Assembly (NCBI GenBank): GCA_903894475.1
Contig: CAITQH010000508.1
Coordinates: 5,387 to 69,386 of the forward strand
Source of the DNA: an uncultured beta proteobacterium
GTDB taxonomy: Bacteria > Pseudomonadota > Gammaproteobacteria > Burkholderiales > Burkholderiaceae_C
Length of the DNA: 64,000 nucleotides
Reading direction: 5' to 3'
In this document: one piece after another, positions 25,354 to 35,592 of the stretch
How positions within the stretch are numbered: the first letter of the stretch is position 1
Layout: each line of letters begins with the position of its first letter
Program-made: the position numbers and the translations under genes
The notes under the pieces: model-generated
What the model saw: only the letters and a program-made list of their open reading frames with translations
Told to the model about the DNA's origin: nothing
Database searches by the model: none

Positions 25354-26763
25354 ATGATGACGCGTAAAACCATGACGGCCAGCGCCTTGGTGCACGCAGT
25401 CGGCAAGTGGGTTGCGCTGGCATTGCTGGTTCCGGTGCTGCTCGTTGGTGGTGTTCTGTACCACAAGGCCGACTACATCGTTCTCGGTGCCGAGGCGTAT
25501 CTCTTTGGCTACCCGCTGGTCATCATGGACGTGACCCGAAGCAACTCGGCGCTGATCCTGGGACCTGAAAACCAGTTGCGTCGGGTGCGCCAGTTTCCGG
25601 ACGCGAACTTCAAGGACGTGGTGCGACCTAATGCCGATACGCTCTACACCAGCGGCTTTATCGACATGGCCCAGGGTCCCTGGGTGTTCGAGATGGCTGC
25701 CAATGCCCAGCGATATGAGGTGATGCCCTTTATGGATGCCTGGACCAACGTCTTCGCTGCGCCCGGCACGCGCACGCTGGGTGCTGCCGGGGCGCGACTG
25801 CTGCTGGCAGGACCGCTCTGGCAGGGCGCCACCCCGGCCGGTCTGACACTGGTGCGCGCACCGACGCAAATGGTCTGGCTGATCGGGCGTACGCAGACCA
25901 ATGGTGTTGCCGACTATCCGTTGGTGCACCGTTTGCAGGACGGCATCAAGTTGCATAGCCTGAACGATTGGCTGGCCGACCCAACTGCCCCTGAAAAGGC
26001 CTCAGACGCGTGGCACAGTGCCGCGTCGAAACCGACGCCACCCTTCGAGCAGATGCGTACCATGAGTACCGAGACTTTCTTTAGCCGCTTTTTGATGCTG
26101 CTGGTGAACAACCCGCCAGCCGCAGCGGACGGCCCCATGCTGATCAAGCTGGGACGCATTGGCTTGAAGGCGGGGCAGCCGCCCAAATGGGGTTTGCTGG
26201 AGCGCTGGTGCCTTGCTTTGGGGCGCTCGATTGCCGACTTCAAAGTCGCCAGCGAGTTGAAGAAACCACCTGTGCTGGTGCGCGGCTGGCAGACGCCACC
26301 GGCCACACTCGGCAACTACGGCACCGACTACAACACGCGCGCCGTAGTCGCCATGATCGGTCTCGGCGCCAATTTGCCAGCGGATGCGATCTACCCCAAC
26401 GCCCGTGTGGATGCCAATGGCCAGCCGCTGGACGGCAGTCAGCGCTACAGGCTGCATTTCAAGGCTGACGAGTTGCCGCCGGTGAACGCCTTCTGGTCCG
26501 TTACGGCCTACGGTGCCGACGACTTCTTCATCGACAACCCGCTGCAGCGTTTCGCTCTGGGAGATCGGGACCCGCTGCTGTTCAACGCCGACGGATCGCT
26601 GGACCTGCTGGTGCAGGCCTCGGCGCCTGAAGGCGAGATGAAGCGAAACTGGTTACCAGTCAAGTCGGGCCAAGCTTTTCTTCTGAATGCCCGCCTTTAT
26701 TGGCCGAAGGCGACGGCACTCAACCGGCAGTGGGGCATGCCGGCAGTGGAACGCGTAGACTGA
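25354..26763 (+). CDS. DUF1254/DUF1214 domain protein
   Basis: 'AYLFGYPLV', 'VRPNADTLY', 'PPVNAFWSVTAY', 'NWLP', 'RLYWP'. Confidence 0.85.
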   Translation: MMTRKTMTASALVHAVGKWVALALLVPVLLVGGVLYHKADYIVLGAEAYLFGYPLVIMDVTRSNSALILGPENQLRRVRQFPDANFKDVVRPNADTLYTSGFIDMAQGPWVFEMAANAQRYEVMPFMDAWTNVFAAPGTRTLGAAGARLLLAGPLWQGATPAGLTLVRAPTQMVWLIGRTQTNGVADYPLVHRLQDGIKLHSLNDWLADPTAPEKASDAWHSAASKPTPPFEQMRTMSTETFFSRFLMLLVNNPPAAADGPMLIKLGRIGLKAGQPPKWGLLERWCLALGRSIADFKVASELKKPPVLVRGWQTPPATLGNYGTDYNTRAVVAMIGLGANLPADAIYPNARVDANGQPLDGSQRYRLHFKADELPPVNAFWSVTAYGADDFFIDNPLQRFALGDRDPLLFNADGSLDLLVQASAPEGEMKRNWLPVKSGQAFLLNARLYWPKATALNRQWGMPAVERVD

Positions 26764-26809
26764 TGGGTCACGACACCACCCACCGGTCAACCCTGAAAGA
26801 AGCCTGGCC

Positions 26810-28234
26810 ATGCAAGCACTCAGTCCCACGGACTCCGCATTTTTGTGGATGGAAACGCGCAATCAGCCAATGCACGTGGCCGGCCTCAACATCTACTCGC
26901 CACCTGCTGACGCCGGCCCACACTACGTAGCCTCGCTGCTGGCTGAATGGAGCCGGCACCTGTCGGCTGTGTCCCCCTTCAACCTGCGTCCGGTTTTGCG
27001 CATGGGTCTTTGGTATTGGGAAGAAGATACGGAGTTTGAGCTTGACTACCACCTACGCCATCTGGCTCTCCCGCAACCCGGACGCATTCGGGAACTGTTG
27101 GCCATGGTGTCGCGCCTGCATGGCAATTTGATGGACCGCAATCGCCCCTTGTGGGAGGCCTACGTGATCGAGGGCTTGCCCGGCGGTCGCTTTGCCACCT
27201 ACATCAAGATTCACCATGCCTTGGTCGATGGCGTCAGCGGTGCCCGAATCATGGCCGAGGGTCTGTCGCGCCGCGCCGAAGAAAACAAGCCACCGGTCTG
27301 GGCGCAAAAAGTCTCCAAACATCCTGCGTCAAAACGAGCGGCGCCGCCACCCGGATTGCTGTCCCAACTCGCCAATGCGGCGCGCGCCGGGCGCGAGATC
27401 TTGCCGGGCATCGGCACCGGCCTGTGGGACATGCTGCGCATTGGCTCAGGCGCTGGCGCGGCACTGCCTTTTCAGGCGCCGCCAACGCCCTTTAACGTTG
27501 AAATATCGGGCTCCAGGCGCTTTGCTTCCCAATCCTATTCGTTGTCACGCTTGAAACGCATTGGTGAGGCCACGGGTGCCACTGTCAACGATGTGACCTT
27601 GGCGATCTGCGCTGGCGCCCTGCGCAAGTACTTGCAGGCGCAGGATAAATTGCCAAGAAAACCGCTGATCGCCATGGTGCCGGTATCGCTGCATGACCAG
27701 ACCGATGCCGGCGGCAACCAGGTGTCGCTCTTGCTGGCGAATCTGGCAACCCATCTGCGCGATCCACTCAAACGGCTGGCGCGCATCGTGGAGTCCACAA
27801 CCGAGGCCAAGGAGCGGCTGCGCAGCATGCCGCGTCTGCAAAAGCTGGCGCACGGCATCACCTCGATTTCACCCATGGGTCCGGCCATGGTGACGGGCAC
27901 CGCCAAACAGCACCCCTTGTTCAATGTCATCATTTCCAACGTTCCCGGACCGCGAGAAACGCTGTACCTGAACGGCGCCCGGCTTGACGAGGTCTATCCG
28001 GTTTCCATCCCGACACAGTATCTGGCGCTCAACATCACCATCAGCGGTTACGGCGACAAGCTGGGCTTCGGTTACATCGCGTGCCGCCGCTCGGTGCCGG
28101 CGTTGCAGCGCATGCTGGACTACACCGATGAGTCGATCACCGAGTTGGAGCAGGCGCTGGCGCCCGCGCCCGCAAAAGCCAAGGCAGCGCCCGTCAAGAA
28201 GCCCACGCGCAAAGCCCGACAATCGGCAACGTGA
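26810..28234 (+). CDS. Wax ester synthase/diacylglycerol acyltransferase
   Basis: Catalytic HHxxxDG 'HHALVDG'; 'PMHVAG', 'TVNDV', 'ISNVPGP'. Confidence 0.92.
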   Translation: MQALSPTDSAFLWMETRNQPMHVAGLNIYSPPADAGPHYVASLLAEWSRHLSAVSPFNLRPVLRMGLWYWEEDTEFELDYHLRHLALPQPGRIRELLAMVSRLHGNLMDRNRPLWEAYVIEGLPGGRFATYIKIHHALVDGVSGARIMAEGLSRRAEENKPPVWAQKVSKHPASKRAAPPPGLLSQLANAARAGREILPGIGTGLWDMLRIGSGAGAALPFQAPPTPFNVEISGSRRFASQSYSLSRLKRIGEATGATVNDVTLAICAGALRKYLQAQDKLPRKPLIAMVPVSLHDQTDAGGNQVSLLLANLATHLRDPLKRLARIVESTTEAKERLRSMPRLQKLAHGITSISPMGPAMVTGTAKQHPLFNVIISNVPGPRETLYLNGARLDEVYPVSIPTQYLALNITISGYGDKLGFGYIACRRSVPALQRMLDYTDESITELEQALAPAPAKAKAAPVKKPTRKARQSAT

Positions 28235-29130
28235 AGCAAGATTTTCCGATCCGTTACGTCAACCCGGTTTTCCGCCCGCCGAGCGAGGCGCAGTCCCTGA
28301 TCCTGCCGGTCACGGACGGCTGTTCATGGAACAAGTGCACCTATTGCGAGATGTACACCGCGCCGCAAAAGAAGTTTCGTGCGCGCCAGGAGCAGGAGAC
28401 GCTGGACAGCATCCGGCGCTGCGGCGAGCTCTATGCATCCGATGTGCAAAGGGTCTTTCTGGGGGACGGCGACGCCATGGTCCTGTCAACCCGGCGTTTG
28501 ATGGATCTGCTGGCGGCGATCAAGCAACACTTGCCGCGGGTCCGGCGCATTTCAAGCTACTGCCTGCCGCGCAATTTGCGCAACAAGACCGTCCAGGAAC
28601 TGACGGAACTGCGCGCTGCCGGGCTGGACCTGGCCTACATCGGTGCCGAGTCCGGTGACGACGAGGTGCTGCAAAGAGTCAATAAGGGTGAATCGCTCGA
28701 GAGCACCTGCGCAGCGCTGGACAAGCTCGGCGCCGCCGGCATCAGCCGCTCCGTGATGCTGCTCAATGGCCTGGGCGGTCGCCTGCTCACCGGGCAGCAT
28801 GCACGGAACTCGGCGCGTCTGGCCAATGCCACGCAACCGGAGTTTCTGGCCACGCTGGTGGTGAGTTTTCCGCAGGGTGAGGAGCGCTTTCGCCAGGGCT
28901 TTCCCGAGTGGGAGCCGCTCGATCAGCAGGAACTGTTTGTCGAGATGGAGCAGTTCCTGCAGGCGCTTGATCTGAAGCGCACCGTGTTTCGCAGCGACCA
29001 CGCCTCCAACTGGCTGGTCCTCAAAGGCGTGCTGGGTGCCGAAAAAGAGCGTCTGCTGCAGCAGGTACGAACGGCCATCGTGCAGCCGCAGGCGGCGCGC
29101 TTGCGCCCGGACTGGCAGCGGGGCCTTTGA
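28231..29130 (+). CDS. Radical SAM protein of unknown function
   Basis: CxxxCxxC-type 'CSWNKCTYC'; 'RPPSEA', 'FRSDHASN'. Confidence 0.85.
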   Translation: MKQDFPIRYVNPVFRPPSEAQSLILPVTDGCSWNKCTYCEMYTAPQKKFRARQEQETLDSIRRCGELYASDVQRVFLGDGDAMVLSTRRLMDLLAAIKQHLPRVRRISSYCLPRNLRNKTVQELTELRAAGLDLAYIGAESGDDEVLQRVNKGESLESTCAALDKLGAAGISRSVMLLNGLGGRLLTGQHARNSARLANATQPEFLATLVVSFPQGEERFRQGFPEWEPLDQQELFVEMEQFLQALDLKRTVFRSDHASNWLVLKGVLGAEKERLLQQVRTAIVQPQAARLRPDWQRGL

Positions 29131-29870
29131 TGCTGATCGCCGTGATCGTTATCGCCGGATTTTGGGCAGGACTGCAAAACGCCCTGGCAGGGGGCGGCTC
29201 CTTCATCACGCTGCCAGTGCTCATTCTGTCGGGCATGACACCGCTGGCCGCCAACATCACTTCCACCCTGGCCTTGTTTCCGGGGCAGGTGAGCACGGGT
29301 CTGGCCGGGCGGCGTCTGGTCTCCGGCGCTGGCCGACTGCCTTTTCGAGCCTTGTTCCTGATCAGCATTCTGGGCGGTGCGCTGGGGGGGCTGCTCCTGC
29401 TGATCACGCCTTCCCGCGTGTTCACGCTGCTGGTGCCGTGGCTGGTGCTCTTTGCCACATCAGTCTTTGCCTGGGGCAGCTTTCTGCGAAAGCCGGGCGA
29501 GTTTTCCGTGCACCTTGGTCCTCTGGGCGCTGCCGCCGCGCAATTTCTGATTGCGATCTACGGCGGCTATTTCGGGGGTGGCATTGGCTTTCTGATGATG
29601 GCGGCGCTGACCATGGCGGGCTTGCCAACCCGCAGCGCGGGTGCCACCAAGAATGCGCTGGCCGGCGTCATGAACGCATCGGCAGTGGCGCTCTTTGTGA
29701 CCTCGCCTCAGGTGCACTGGCGCGAGGCGATCGCCCTGGGCTGCGGTGCTCTCATCGGCGGCCTTTGCGGCTCCTGGGCATTGCAGCGGGTCAACGAGCG
29801 CACGCTGCGCATGGTGATCGTGGGCATCGGCGTCTGCCTCACCATCGGTCTGTTCGTCAGGCCAATCTGA
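29130..29870 (+). CDS. TauE/SafE family exporter
   Basis: 'NALAGGGSFITLP', 'YGGYFGGGIG'; multi-TM. Confidence 0.85.
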   Translation: MLIAVIVIAGFWAGLQNALAGGGSFITLPVLILSGMTPLAANITSTLALFPGQVSTGLAGRRLVSGAGRLPFRALFLISILGGALGGLLLLITPSRVFTLLVPWLVLFATSVFAWGSFLRKPGEFSVHLGPLGAAAAQFLIAIYGGYFGGGIGFLMMAALTMAGLPTRSAGATKNALAGVMNASAVALFVTSPQVHWREAIALGCGALIGGLCGSWALQRVNERTLRMVIVGIGVCLTIGLFVRPI

Positions 29871-30615
29871 CTCTTGGCGTGCGCCGGCTCGGGGTGGGGC
29901 CGCTGCTGCCCGCTGCTCCGATGGCGCTGACGGCGCCACTCGACAGAAGCGCTGCAATGACGACGTCGCATTTGTTGCGGATATGGTCTTCCAGCAGCAG
30001 GCGCAGTCGCTTGCCGTTGCGGGATTCGAGCGCCTCCATGATCTGATCGTGTTCCTGCATCGCCCGGTCCCAGCGCGACTGCCCGATATTGGCGAAATAG
30101 CGTGCCCGACGCAGACGCAGATTGAGTTTGTCCCGCGTCGCCAGCAGTACCGGGTTGGCTGCCAGCCGAAACAGCTGTGCGTGAATTTCCTGATTGACTT
30201 CAAAGTACTTTTCTCGATCGCCGTTGCGGTAGTGCTCGCGCATCTGCTCGTGCAGTTGGCGCAGGCCGGCAATGTCTGCGGCGTTGGCCTGGCCACAGGC
30301 CAGTTCCCCGGCCAGACCCTCGAGCACACTGAGCACCTTGAAGGTGTCGGTGGTATCGGTCAGGGTCATGGGCGTCACCATGGCGCCGCAGTTTTGCAGC
30401 AGCTCAACCAGACCTTCGCTGGCCAGCGTCTTGAGCGCCTCCCGCAGCGGTGTGCGCGAAACTTTCAACTCCTCGCACAACACGCGCTCGGTCAGGCGCA
30501 AACCCGGCGCCAGTTCCCCGTAAGTGATCTTGTCGCGCAAGACCTTGGCAACTTTCAGATGCAGCAAGGTCTTGTCTGGCGCCATTTCCATCGTCGATTG
30601 GCTAGCGTTTTGCAT
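29857..30615 (-). CDS. GntR (FCD) family transcriptional regulator
   Basis: HTH 'VSRTPLREALKTLASEGLV'; FCD-type C-terminus; start may be 30591. Confidence 0.88.
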   Translation of the reverse strand: MQNASQSTMEMAPDKTLLHLKVAKVLRDKITYGELAPGLRLTERVLCEELKVSRTPLREALKTLASEGLVELLQNCGAMVTPMTLTDTTDTFKVLSVLEGLAGELACGQANAADIAGLRQLHEQMREHYRNGDREKYFEVNQEIHAQLFRLAANPVLLATRDKLNLRLRRARYFANIGQSRWDRAMQEHDQIMEALESRNGKRLRLLLEDHIRNKCDVVIAALLSSGAVSAIGAAGSSGPTPSRRTPRVRLA

Positions 30616-30745
30616 ACAATGTTCAGCAACAACCCGTGTGGTCCTCGGAGCCTGAAATTGTACACATGGTTTGCGAATTCGGCACCATGCAGCAGTGCCG
30701 TTGCATTCCAGCCGGCTTTCGACTAGTATCCCATTTTGAATACAA
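30610..30745. promoter_or_regulatory. GntR-type operator-like boxes in the divergent intergenic region
   Basis: TTGCATACAA (30610-30619), TTGTACACAT (30658-30667), TTGAATACAA (30736-30745). Confidence 0.55.
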
Positions 30746-30763
30746 TTTCACGGAGAAAACCGT

Positions 30764-31951
30764 ATGCTGAAGCTCACACACGGGGCCAGTGGTCGACACT
30801 TTCTGCAAATCCCGGGTCCCACCAACGTTCCTGATCGCGTCATGCGAGCCATGGACAACGCCACCATCGATCATCGCGGACCCGAATTCCAGGTGATCGG
30901 CAAGAAAGTGCTGTCAGACCTGAAGAAGGTGTTTCAGTCCGATGATCCGGTCGTCATCTATGGCGCAAGCGGTACCGGTGCCTGGGAAGCGGCCCTGGTG
31001 AACACCTTGTCGGCAGGCGACAAGGTGCTGATGTACGAGACCGGCCATTTTGCGACCCTGTGGAAGAAGATGTCCGAACGCCTCGGCCTGCGTCCTGAAT
31101 TCATTGCCGGTGACTGGCGCCAGGGTGTTGAGGTATCGCAAATTGCCGCACGCCTGGACGATGACAAGCAGCACGAGATCAAGGCCGTCTGCATCGTGCA
31201 CAACGAGACCTCCACCGGTGTCAGCGCCGATATTGCCGCCGTGCGTCGCGCCATCGACAGCGCAAAACATCCCGCGCTTCTGATGGTGGACACCATTTCC
31301 TCTTTGGCCTCCATTGACTACCGGCACAGCGAATGGGGGGTTGACGTGACCGTGGCCGGCTCGCAGAAAGGGCTGATGCTGCCGCCGGGCCTGTCCTTCA
31401 ATGCCGTGAGCGAGAAGGCGATTGCGGCGTCAAAAACTTCGAATCTGCCCAAATCTTATTGGGCCTGGGGCGAAATTCTGGAAGCCAACAAGAACGGCTT
31501 CTGGCCCTACACGCCCTCAACCACCCTGCTTTACGGGCTCAGCGAAGCCTGCGACATGCTTCTGGAGCAGGGGCTGCCCAATGTCTTTGCCCGCCACACC
31601 CGTTTTGCGCAGGCAACCCGGCGTGCCGTTGCCGCATGGGGGCTTGAAGTGTTCTGTGCCAATCCGCAGGCCCTGAGCTCCTCGCTGACCGCCGTCATGA
31701 TGCCCGAAGGGCATGACGCCGACAAGTTCCGCAAGATCGTGCTCGACAACTTCGATATGTCCCTGGGCGTCGGGCTTGCCAAACTCGCTGGTAAAGTGTT
31801 CCGTATTGGCCACCTGGGCGACTTCAACGAACTCATGTTGATGGGGACATTGGCCGGCGTTGAAATGGGCCTGGCATTGTCGGGAGTTCCGCACAAGCCG
31901 GGTGGCGTCAATGCGGCCATGAATCATTTTGTTGAAACACGCAAATCTTGA
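30764..31951 (+). CDS. Class V aminotransferase, serine/alanine-glyoxylate aminotransferase-like
   Basis: 'FLQIPGPTNVP', 'HNETSTG', PLP lysine in 'GSQKGLMLPPG', 'FRIGHLG'. Confidence 0.9.
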   Translation: MLKLTHGASGRHFLQIPGPTNVPDRVMRAMDNATIDHRGPEFQVIGKKVLSDLKKVFQSDDPVVIYGASGTGAWEAALVNTLSAGDKVLMYETGHFATLWKKMSERLGLRPEFIAGDWRQGVEVSQIAARLDDDKQHEIKAVCIVHNETSTGVSADIAAVRRAIDSAKHPALLMVDTISSLASIDYRHSEWGVDVTVAGSQKGLMLPPGLSFNAVSEKAIAASKTSNLPKSYWAWGEILEANKNGFWPYTPSTTLLYGLSEACDMLLEQGLPNVFARHTRFAQATRRAVAAWGLEVFCANPQALSSSLTAVMMPEGHDADKFRKIVLDNFDMSLGVGLAKLAGKVFRIGHLGDFNELMLMGTLAGVEMGLALSGVPHKPGGVNAAMNHFVETRKS

Positions 31952-31964
31952 AAAGGAGACTTCT

Positions 31965-32972
31965 GTGAAATCATCGACTTCTGTTCTTGCCAGGGCTGCT
32001 GCGGTCTCGCTGCTGGCCTGTGCTGCCACCCTCTCCGCCCACGCCCAATGGCAGCCGACAAAAACGGTCGAAATCATCGTCCCGGCCGGTGCCGGCGGTG
32101 CCGCCGACCAGATGGCGCGCACGATCCAGGGCATCGTCGTGAAGCACCAACTGATGAAGCAGCCCATCATGGTTGTCAACAAGTCTGGTGCCAGTGGCGC
32201 CGAGGGCATCATGGATGTCAAGGAATCCAAGGGTGACCCGCACAAGCTGATGGCCGCGTTCTCCGCCATCTACACCTTGCCGGTTGCCGTCAGCCTGCCC
32301 TTCAACTGGAGAGACCTGAACCCGGTCGGCATGATTGCGCTCGATGAGTTCCTGCTTTGGGTCAATGCAGAGACGCCTTACAAGACGCCCAAAGAGTACC
32401 TCACGGCGGTCAAGGCCGCTGCCCCCGGAACCTTCAAGATGGGCGGCACCGGCTCCAAGCGTGAAGACCACATCATTACGGTGGCCGTGGACAAGGTCGC
32501 TGGCACCAAGTTCACCTACATCCCCTACAAGAGCGGCGCCGAGGCGGCAACCCAACTGGTTGGCAAGCACATTGACTCCAATGTGAACAACCCCAGCGAG
32601 AACATTTCCGAGTGGCGTGCCGATCAGGTCCGCGCTCTGTGCGTGTTCTCCGCTCAGCGCATGGTGTACAAGGAAAAGATCACCAAGACCCAGTCCTGGG
32701 CCGACATCCAGACCTGCAAGGAACTCGGTGTCGATGTGGAGTACCAGATGCTTCGCGGTTTCTTCATCCCGTCGGGCACCAGCGCAGCACAGGTCGCCTT
32801 TTATGTCGACCTGCTGAAGAAGGTGGTTGCCACGCCCGAATGGAAGGACTACCTAGCCAAGCAGGCCCTGAAGGACGTGTTCCTCGTCGGAGCGGACTTC
32901 GTCAAGTTCCTGGAGAAGGATGAGGCCTTTCATAACAAGCTGATGAATGAAGCCGGGTTTGCTAAAAAATAG
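31965..32972 (+). CDS. tctC: Tripartite tricarboxylate transporter substrate-binding protein (TctC/Bug)
   Basis: Signal peptide; 'PAGAGGAAD', 'VNKSGASG', 'IPYKSG'. Confidence 0.85.
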   Translation: MKSSTSVLARAAAVSLLACAATLSAHAQWQPTKTVEIIVPAGAGGAADQMARTIQGIVVKHQLMKQPIMVVNKSGASGAEGIMDVKESKGDPHKLMAAFSAIYTLPVAVSLPFNWRDLNPVGMIALDEFLLWVNAETPYKTPKEYLTAVKAAAPGTFKMGGTGSKREDHIITVAVDKVAGTKFTYIPYKSGAEAATQLVGKHIDSNVNNPSENISEWRADQVRALCVFSAQRMVYKEKITKTQSWADIQTCKELGVDVEYQMLRGFFIPSGTSAAQVAFYVDLLKKVVATPEWKDYLAKQALKDVFLVGADFVKFLEKDEAFHNKLMNEAGFAKK

Positions 32973-32989
32973 CGGACGCTGAGTTGACT

Positions 32990-33499
32990 ATGAGGCACAT
33001 GCACAGACGCATGCAGCGCGGCGCGATCTCGCGAAACGCCATGGAAGTCATTACGGCCGTCGTGATCTTTGCGCTGGGCATTGTCATGATGGTCGATAAC
33101 TTCAAGCTCGGCGCCGGCTGGGCCAGTGATGGCCCGGAATCGGGCTACTTCCCTTTTCGCATCGGAGCCATCCTCTGCGTTGCGAGTTTTGTCGTCGCGC
33201 TCAGGTCACTCATGAGTGCCAAAGGTTCGACGGAAGAGTTCGTCTCCTGGGACAAATTCAAGCTGGTGCTGACCGTGCTGGTGCCCACAGCACTCTATGT
33301 GCTGGGCATCCAGTTTCTGGGTATCTACATAGCCTCAACGCTTTTCATTGGTGCTTTCATGCGCGTGATGGACAAGAGCAGTTGGCTCAAGACGATTCTC
33401 GTCAGCGTCGGTGTCAATGGGGTTCTCTACTGGATGTTCGAAATCCAGTTCATGGTACCTCTGCCGCAAGGTCCGTTGAAAGCCCTGTTCGGGGCCTGA
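32990..33499 (+). CDS. tctB: Tripartite tricarboxylate transporter small subunit
   Basis: 'GPESGYFP', 'VPLPQG'; position between tctC and tctA. Confidence 0.8.
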   Translation: MRHMHRRMQRGAISRNAMEVITAVVIFALGIVMMVDNFKLGAGWASDGPESGYFPFRIGAILCVASFVVALRSLMSAKGSTEEFVSWDKFKLVLTVLVPTALYVLGIQFLGIYIASTLFIGAFMRVMDKSSWLKTILVSVGVNGVLYWMFEIQFMVPLPQGPLKALFGA

Positions 33500-33522
33500 C
33501 AGAGATACAGGAGAGACTTGCA

Positions 33523-35025
33523 GTGGACGAACTCAATTCCCTGTTCCAGGGCTTTGCCGTGGCCATGTCCTGGTACAACCTGGGCATGATGATGATTGGC
33601 ATTGTGCTGGGCGTTGTCATTGGCGTGCTGCCCGGTCTAGGCGGGCCCAATGGCGTTGCCATTTTGTTGCCACTGACCTTCACCATGGCCCCGACCTCGG
33701 CCATCATCATGCTTTCCTGCATTTACTGGGGTTCGCTGTTCGCCGGCGCCATCACCTCGGTGCTGTTCAACATTCCGGGAGAAACGCACTCGGTTGCCAC
33801 TACGTTTGACGGCTATCCGCTGGCGCAGCAGGGGCGCGCCGGGGAGGCGCTCACGGCGTCCTTCACCGGGTCCTTTCTCGGCGCCTTGGTGTCGGTGCTG
33901 CTGATCACGTTTCTGGCGCCGATGGTGGCGAAATTCGCACTCAGGTTCGGCCCGCCCGAACTGTTTGCCGTCTTTCTGCTGACTTTCTGCAGCTTTGTCG
34001 GAACCGGCAAAGACCCGTTCAAGAACATCATCTCAATGATGCTCGGTTTCGGTCTGGCGGCCATTGGCATGGACTCGGTCAGTGGCGAACTGCGCATGAC
34101 TTTTGGCCTGTCCGATTTGCTGCGCGGCATCGAATTCCTGATTGTCGTGATCGGCCTGTTCGGCATCGGCGAAATCCTGATCAGCATGGAAGAAGGCCTT
34201 GCCTTCGAGGGCAAACACGCCAACATCAACGCCAGGGTAGTGTGGCAGACCTGGAAGCAGTTGCCAAAGTACTGGCTCACCATTGTTCGCAGCGCCGCCA
34301 TTGGCTGCTGGATGGGCATTACGCCGGGAGGCGCCACCGCGGCCTCCTTCATGGGCTATGGCATCGCCAAGAAATTTTCCAAAAACGGCGACAAGTTCGG
34401 CACCGGGCAGCTTGAAGGCGTCATCGCGCCGGAGACAGCGGCCCATGCGTCCGGCACGGCGGCGCTGCTGCCCATGCTGGCGCTCGGCATTCCGGGCTCG
34501 GCCACGGCGGCGGTGCTGCTCGGTGGGCTGATGGTCTGGGGTCTGCAGCCCGGCCCGATGTTGTTCGTCGAGCAAAAGGAGTTTGTCTGGGGCTTGATTG
34601 CCAGCATGTACCTGTCCAACATCGTCGGTCTGGTGATCGTGCTCAGTACCGTGCCCCTGTTTGCCGCGATCCTGCGCATCCCGTTTGCCATCATCGCCCC
34701 AGTGATTGTGGTGGTCTGCGCTATCGGCGCCTTCACCGTGCACGGCGTCATGCTCGATGTCTGGTTCATGGTGCTGTTCGGGATCATCGGCTACGTCCTG
34801 AAGAAGCTGGACTATCCGCTGGCGCCCATGGTGCTGTCGATTGTGCTGGGTGACCGCGCTGAGGCTTCTTTTCGACAGACCATGATGGGATCCAGAGGCG
34901 ATCTCGCCATCTTCTGGTCCAACTCCCTGGTTGGAACCATTACGACCCTGGCGCTGATCATGTTGTTCTGGCCGGCTCTGACTTTCATTCGCGACAAGCT
35001 CAGGCAAGCGACCGCAGCAGCATGA
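33523..35025 (+). CDS. tctA: Tripartite tricarboxylate transporter permease
   Basis: 'GVLPGLG', 'NIPG', 'DGYPLA', 'LGIPGS', 'GLQPGP'. Confidence 0.9.
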   Translation: MDELNSLFQGFAVAMSWYNLGMMMIGIVLGVVIGVLPGLGGPNGVAILLPLTFTMAPTSAIIMLSCIYWGSLFAGAITSVLFNIPGETHSVATTFDGYPLAQQGRAGEALTASFTGSFLGALVSVLLITFLAPMVAKFALRFGPPELFAVFLLTFCSFVGTGKDPFKNIISMMLGFGLAAIGMDSVSGELRMTFGLSDLLRGIEFLIVVIGLFGIGEILISMEEGLAFEGKHANINARVVWQTWKQLPKYWLTIVRSAAIGCWMGITPGGATAASFMGYGIAKKFSKNGDKFGTGQLEGVIAPETAAHASGTAALLPMLALGIPGSATAAVLLGGLMVWGLQPGPMLFVEQKEFVWGLIASMYLSNIVGLVIVLSTVPLFAAILRIPFAIIAPVIVVVCAIGAFTVHGVMLDVWFMVLFGIIGYVLKKLDYPLAPMVLSIVLGDRAEASFRQTMMGSRGDLAIFWSNSLVGTITTLALIMLFWPALTFIRDKLRQATAAA

Positions 35026-35051
35026 GATGAGCACAAACCGAGCAAAGAGAA

Positions 35052-35486
35052 ATGAGTGAAATACAAGCAGCACCGGAACTTGCGAGCAAGTACTGTCTGA
35101 ACCTGAAGGTCGCCAAGACCATCGCCGCCGCCGCTGAAGCGGAAGCCGTCCGGAACAACTGGAAGGTGAGCATCGCCATTGTGGACGACGGCGCCCATCT
35201 GCTTTATCTGCAGCGTCTTGACGGTGCCCACCTCGCCAGCGCCGAAATTTCCCAGGGCAAGGCCAGGACCACCATGCGCTACAGACGTCCCTCCAGAGCC
35301 ATGGAAGAAGCCATCAATGGCGGCCGCATTGCCTTGGCGGCGGTCGGCAACAACACGCCCTTGCAGGGCGCGGTGCCGATCCTCTACCGGGGAGAGATCG
35401 TCGGTGCCATTGGCGTATCGGGCGTGCTGCCGGCGCAGGACGAGCAGATCGCCAGTGCCGGTGCCAGCGTTCTGGCAAGTCTGTAG
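35052..35486 (+). CDS. GlcG/HbpS family heme-binding protein
   Basis: 'IAIVDDG', 'KART', 'GAIGVSG', 'QDEQIA'. Confidence 0.85.
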   Translation: MSEIQAAPELASKYCLNLKVAKTIAAAAEAEAVRNNWKVSIAIVDDGAHLLYLQRLDGAHLASAEISQGKARTTMRYRRPSRAMEEAINGGRIALAAVGNNTPLQGAVPILYRGEIVGAIGVSGVLPAQDEQIASAGASVLASL

Positions 35487-35506
35487 TCCCGGTTCGGTTT
35501 TCCTAT

Positions 35507-35529
35507 AAAATTCATTACAAATGAATCTT
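35507..35529. promoter_or_regulatory. NsrR-type operator upstream of nsrR
   Basis: Imperfect palindrome AAAATTCAT-TACAA-ATGAATCTT, similar to the gATGyAT-N5-ATryATc NsrR motif. Confidence 0.7.
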
Positions 35530-35592
35530 TAACGGGTCAGTGCCTCCGATACTCGGAACCGCCCGGTACCCTATCGGAAGAAGGAGTCACGC

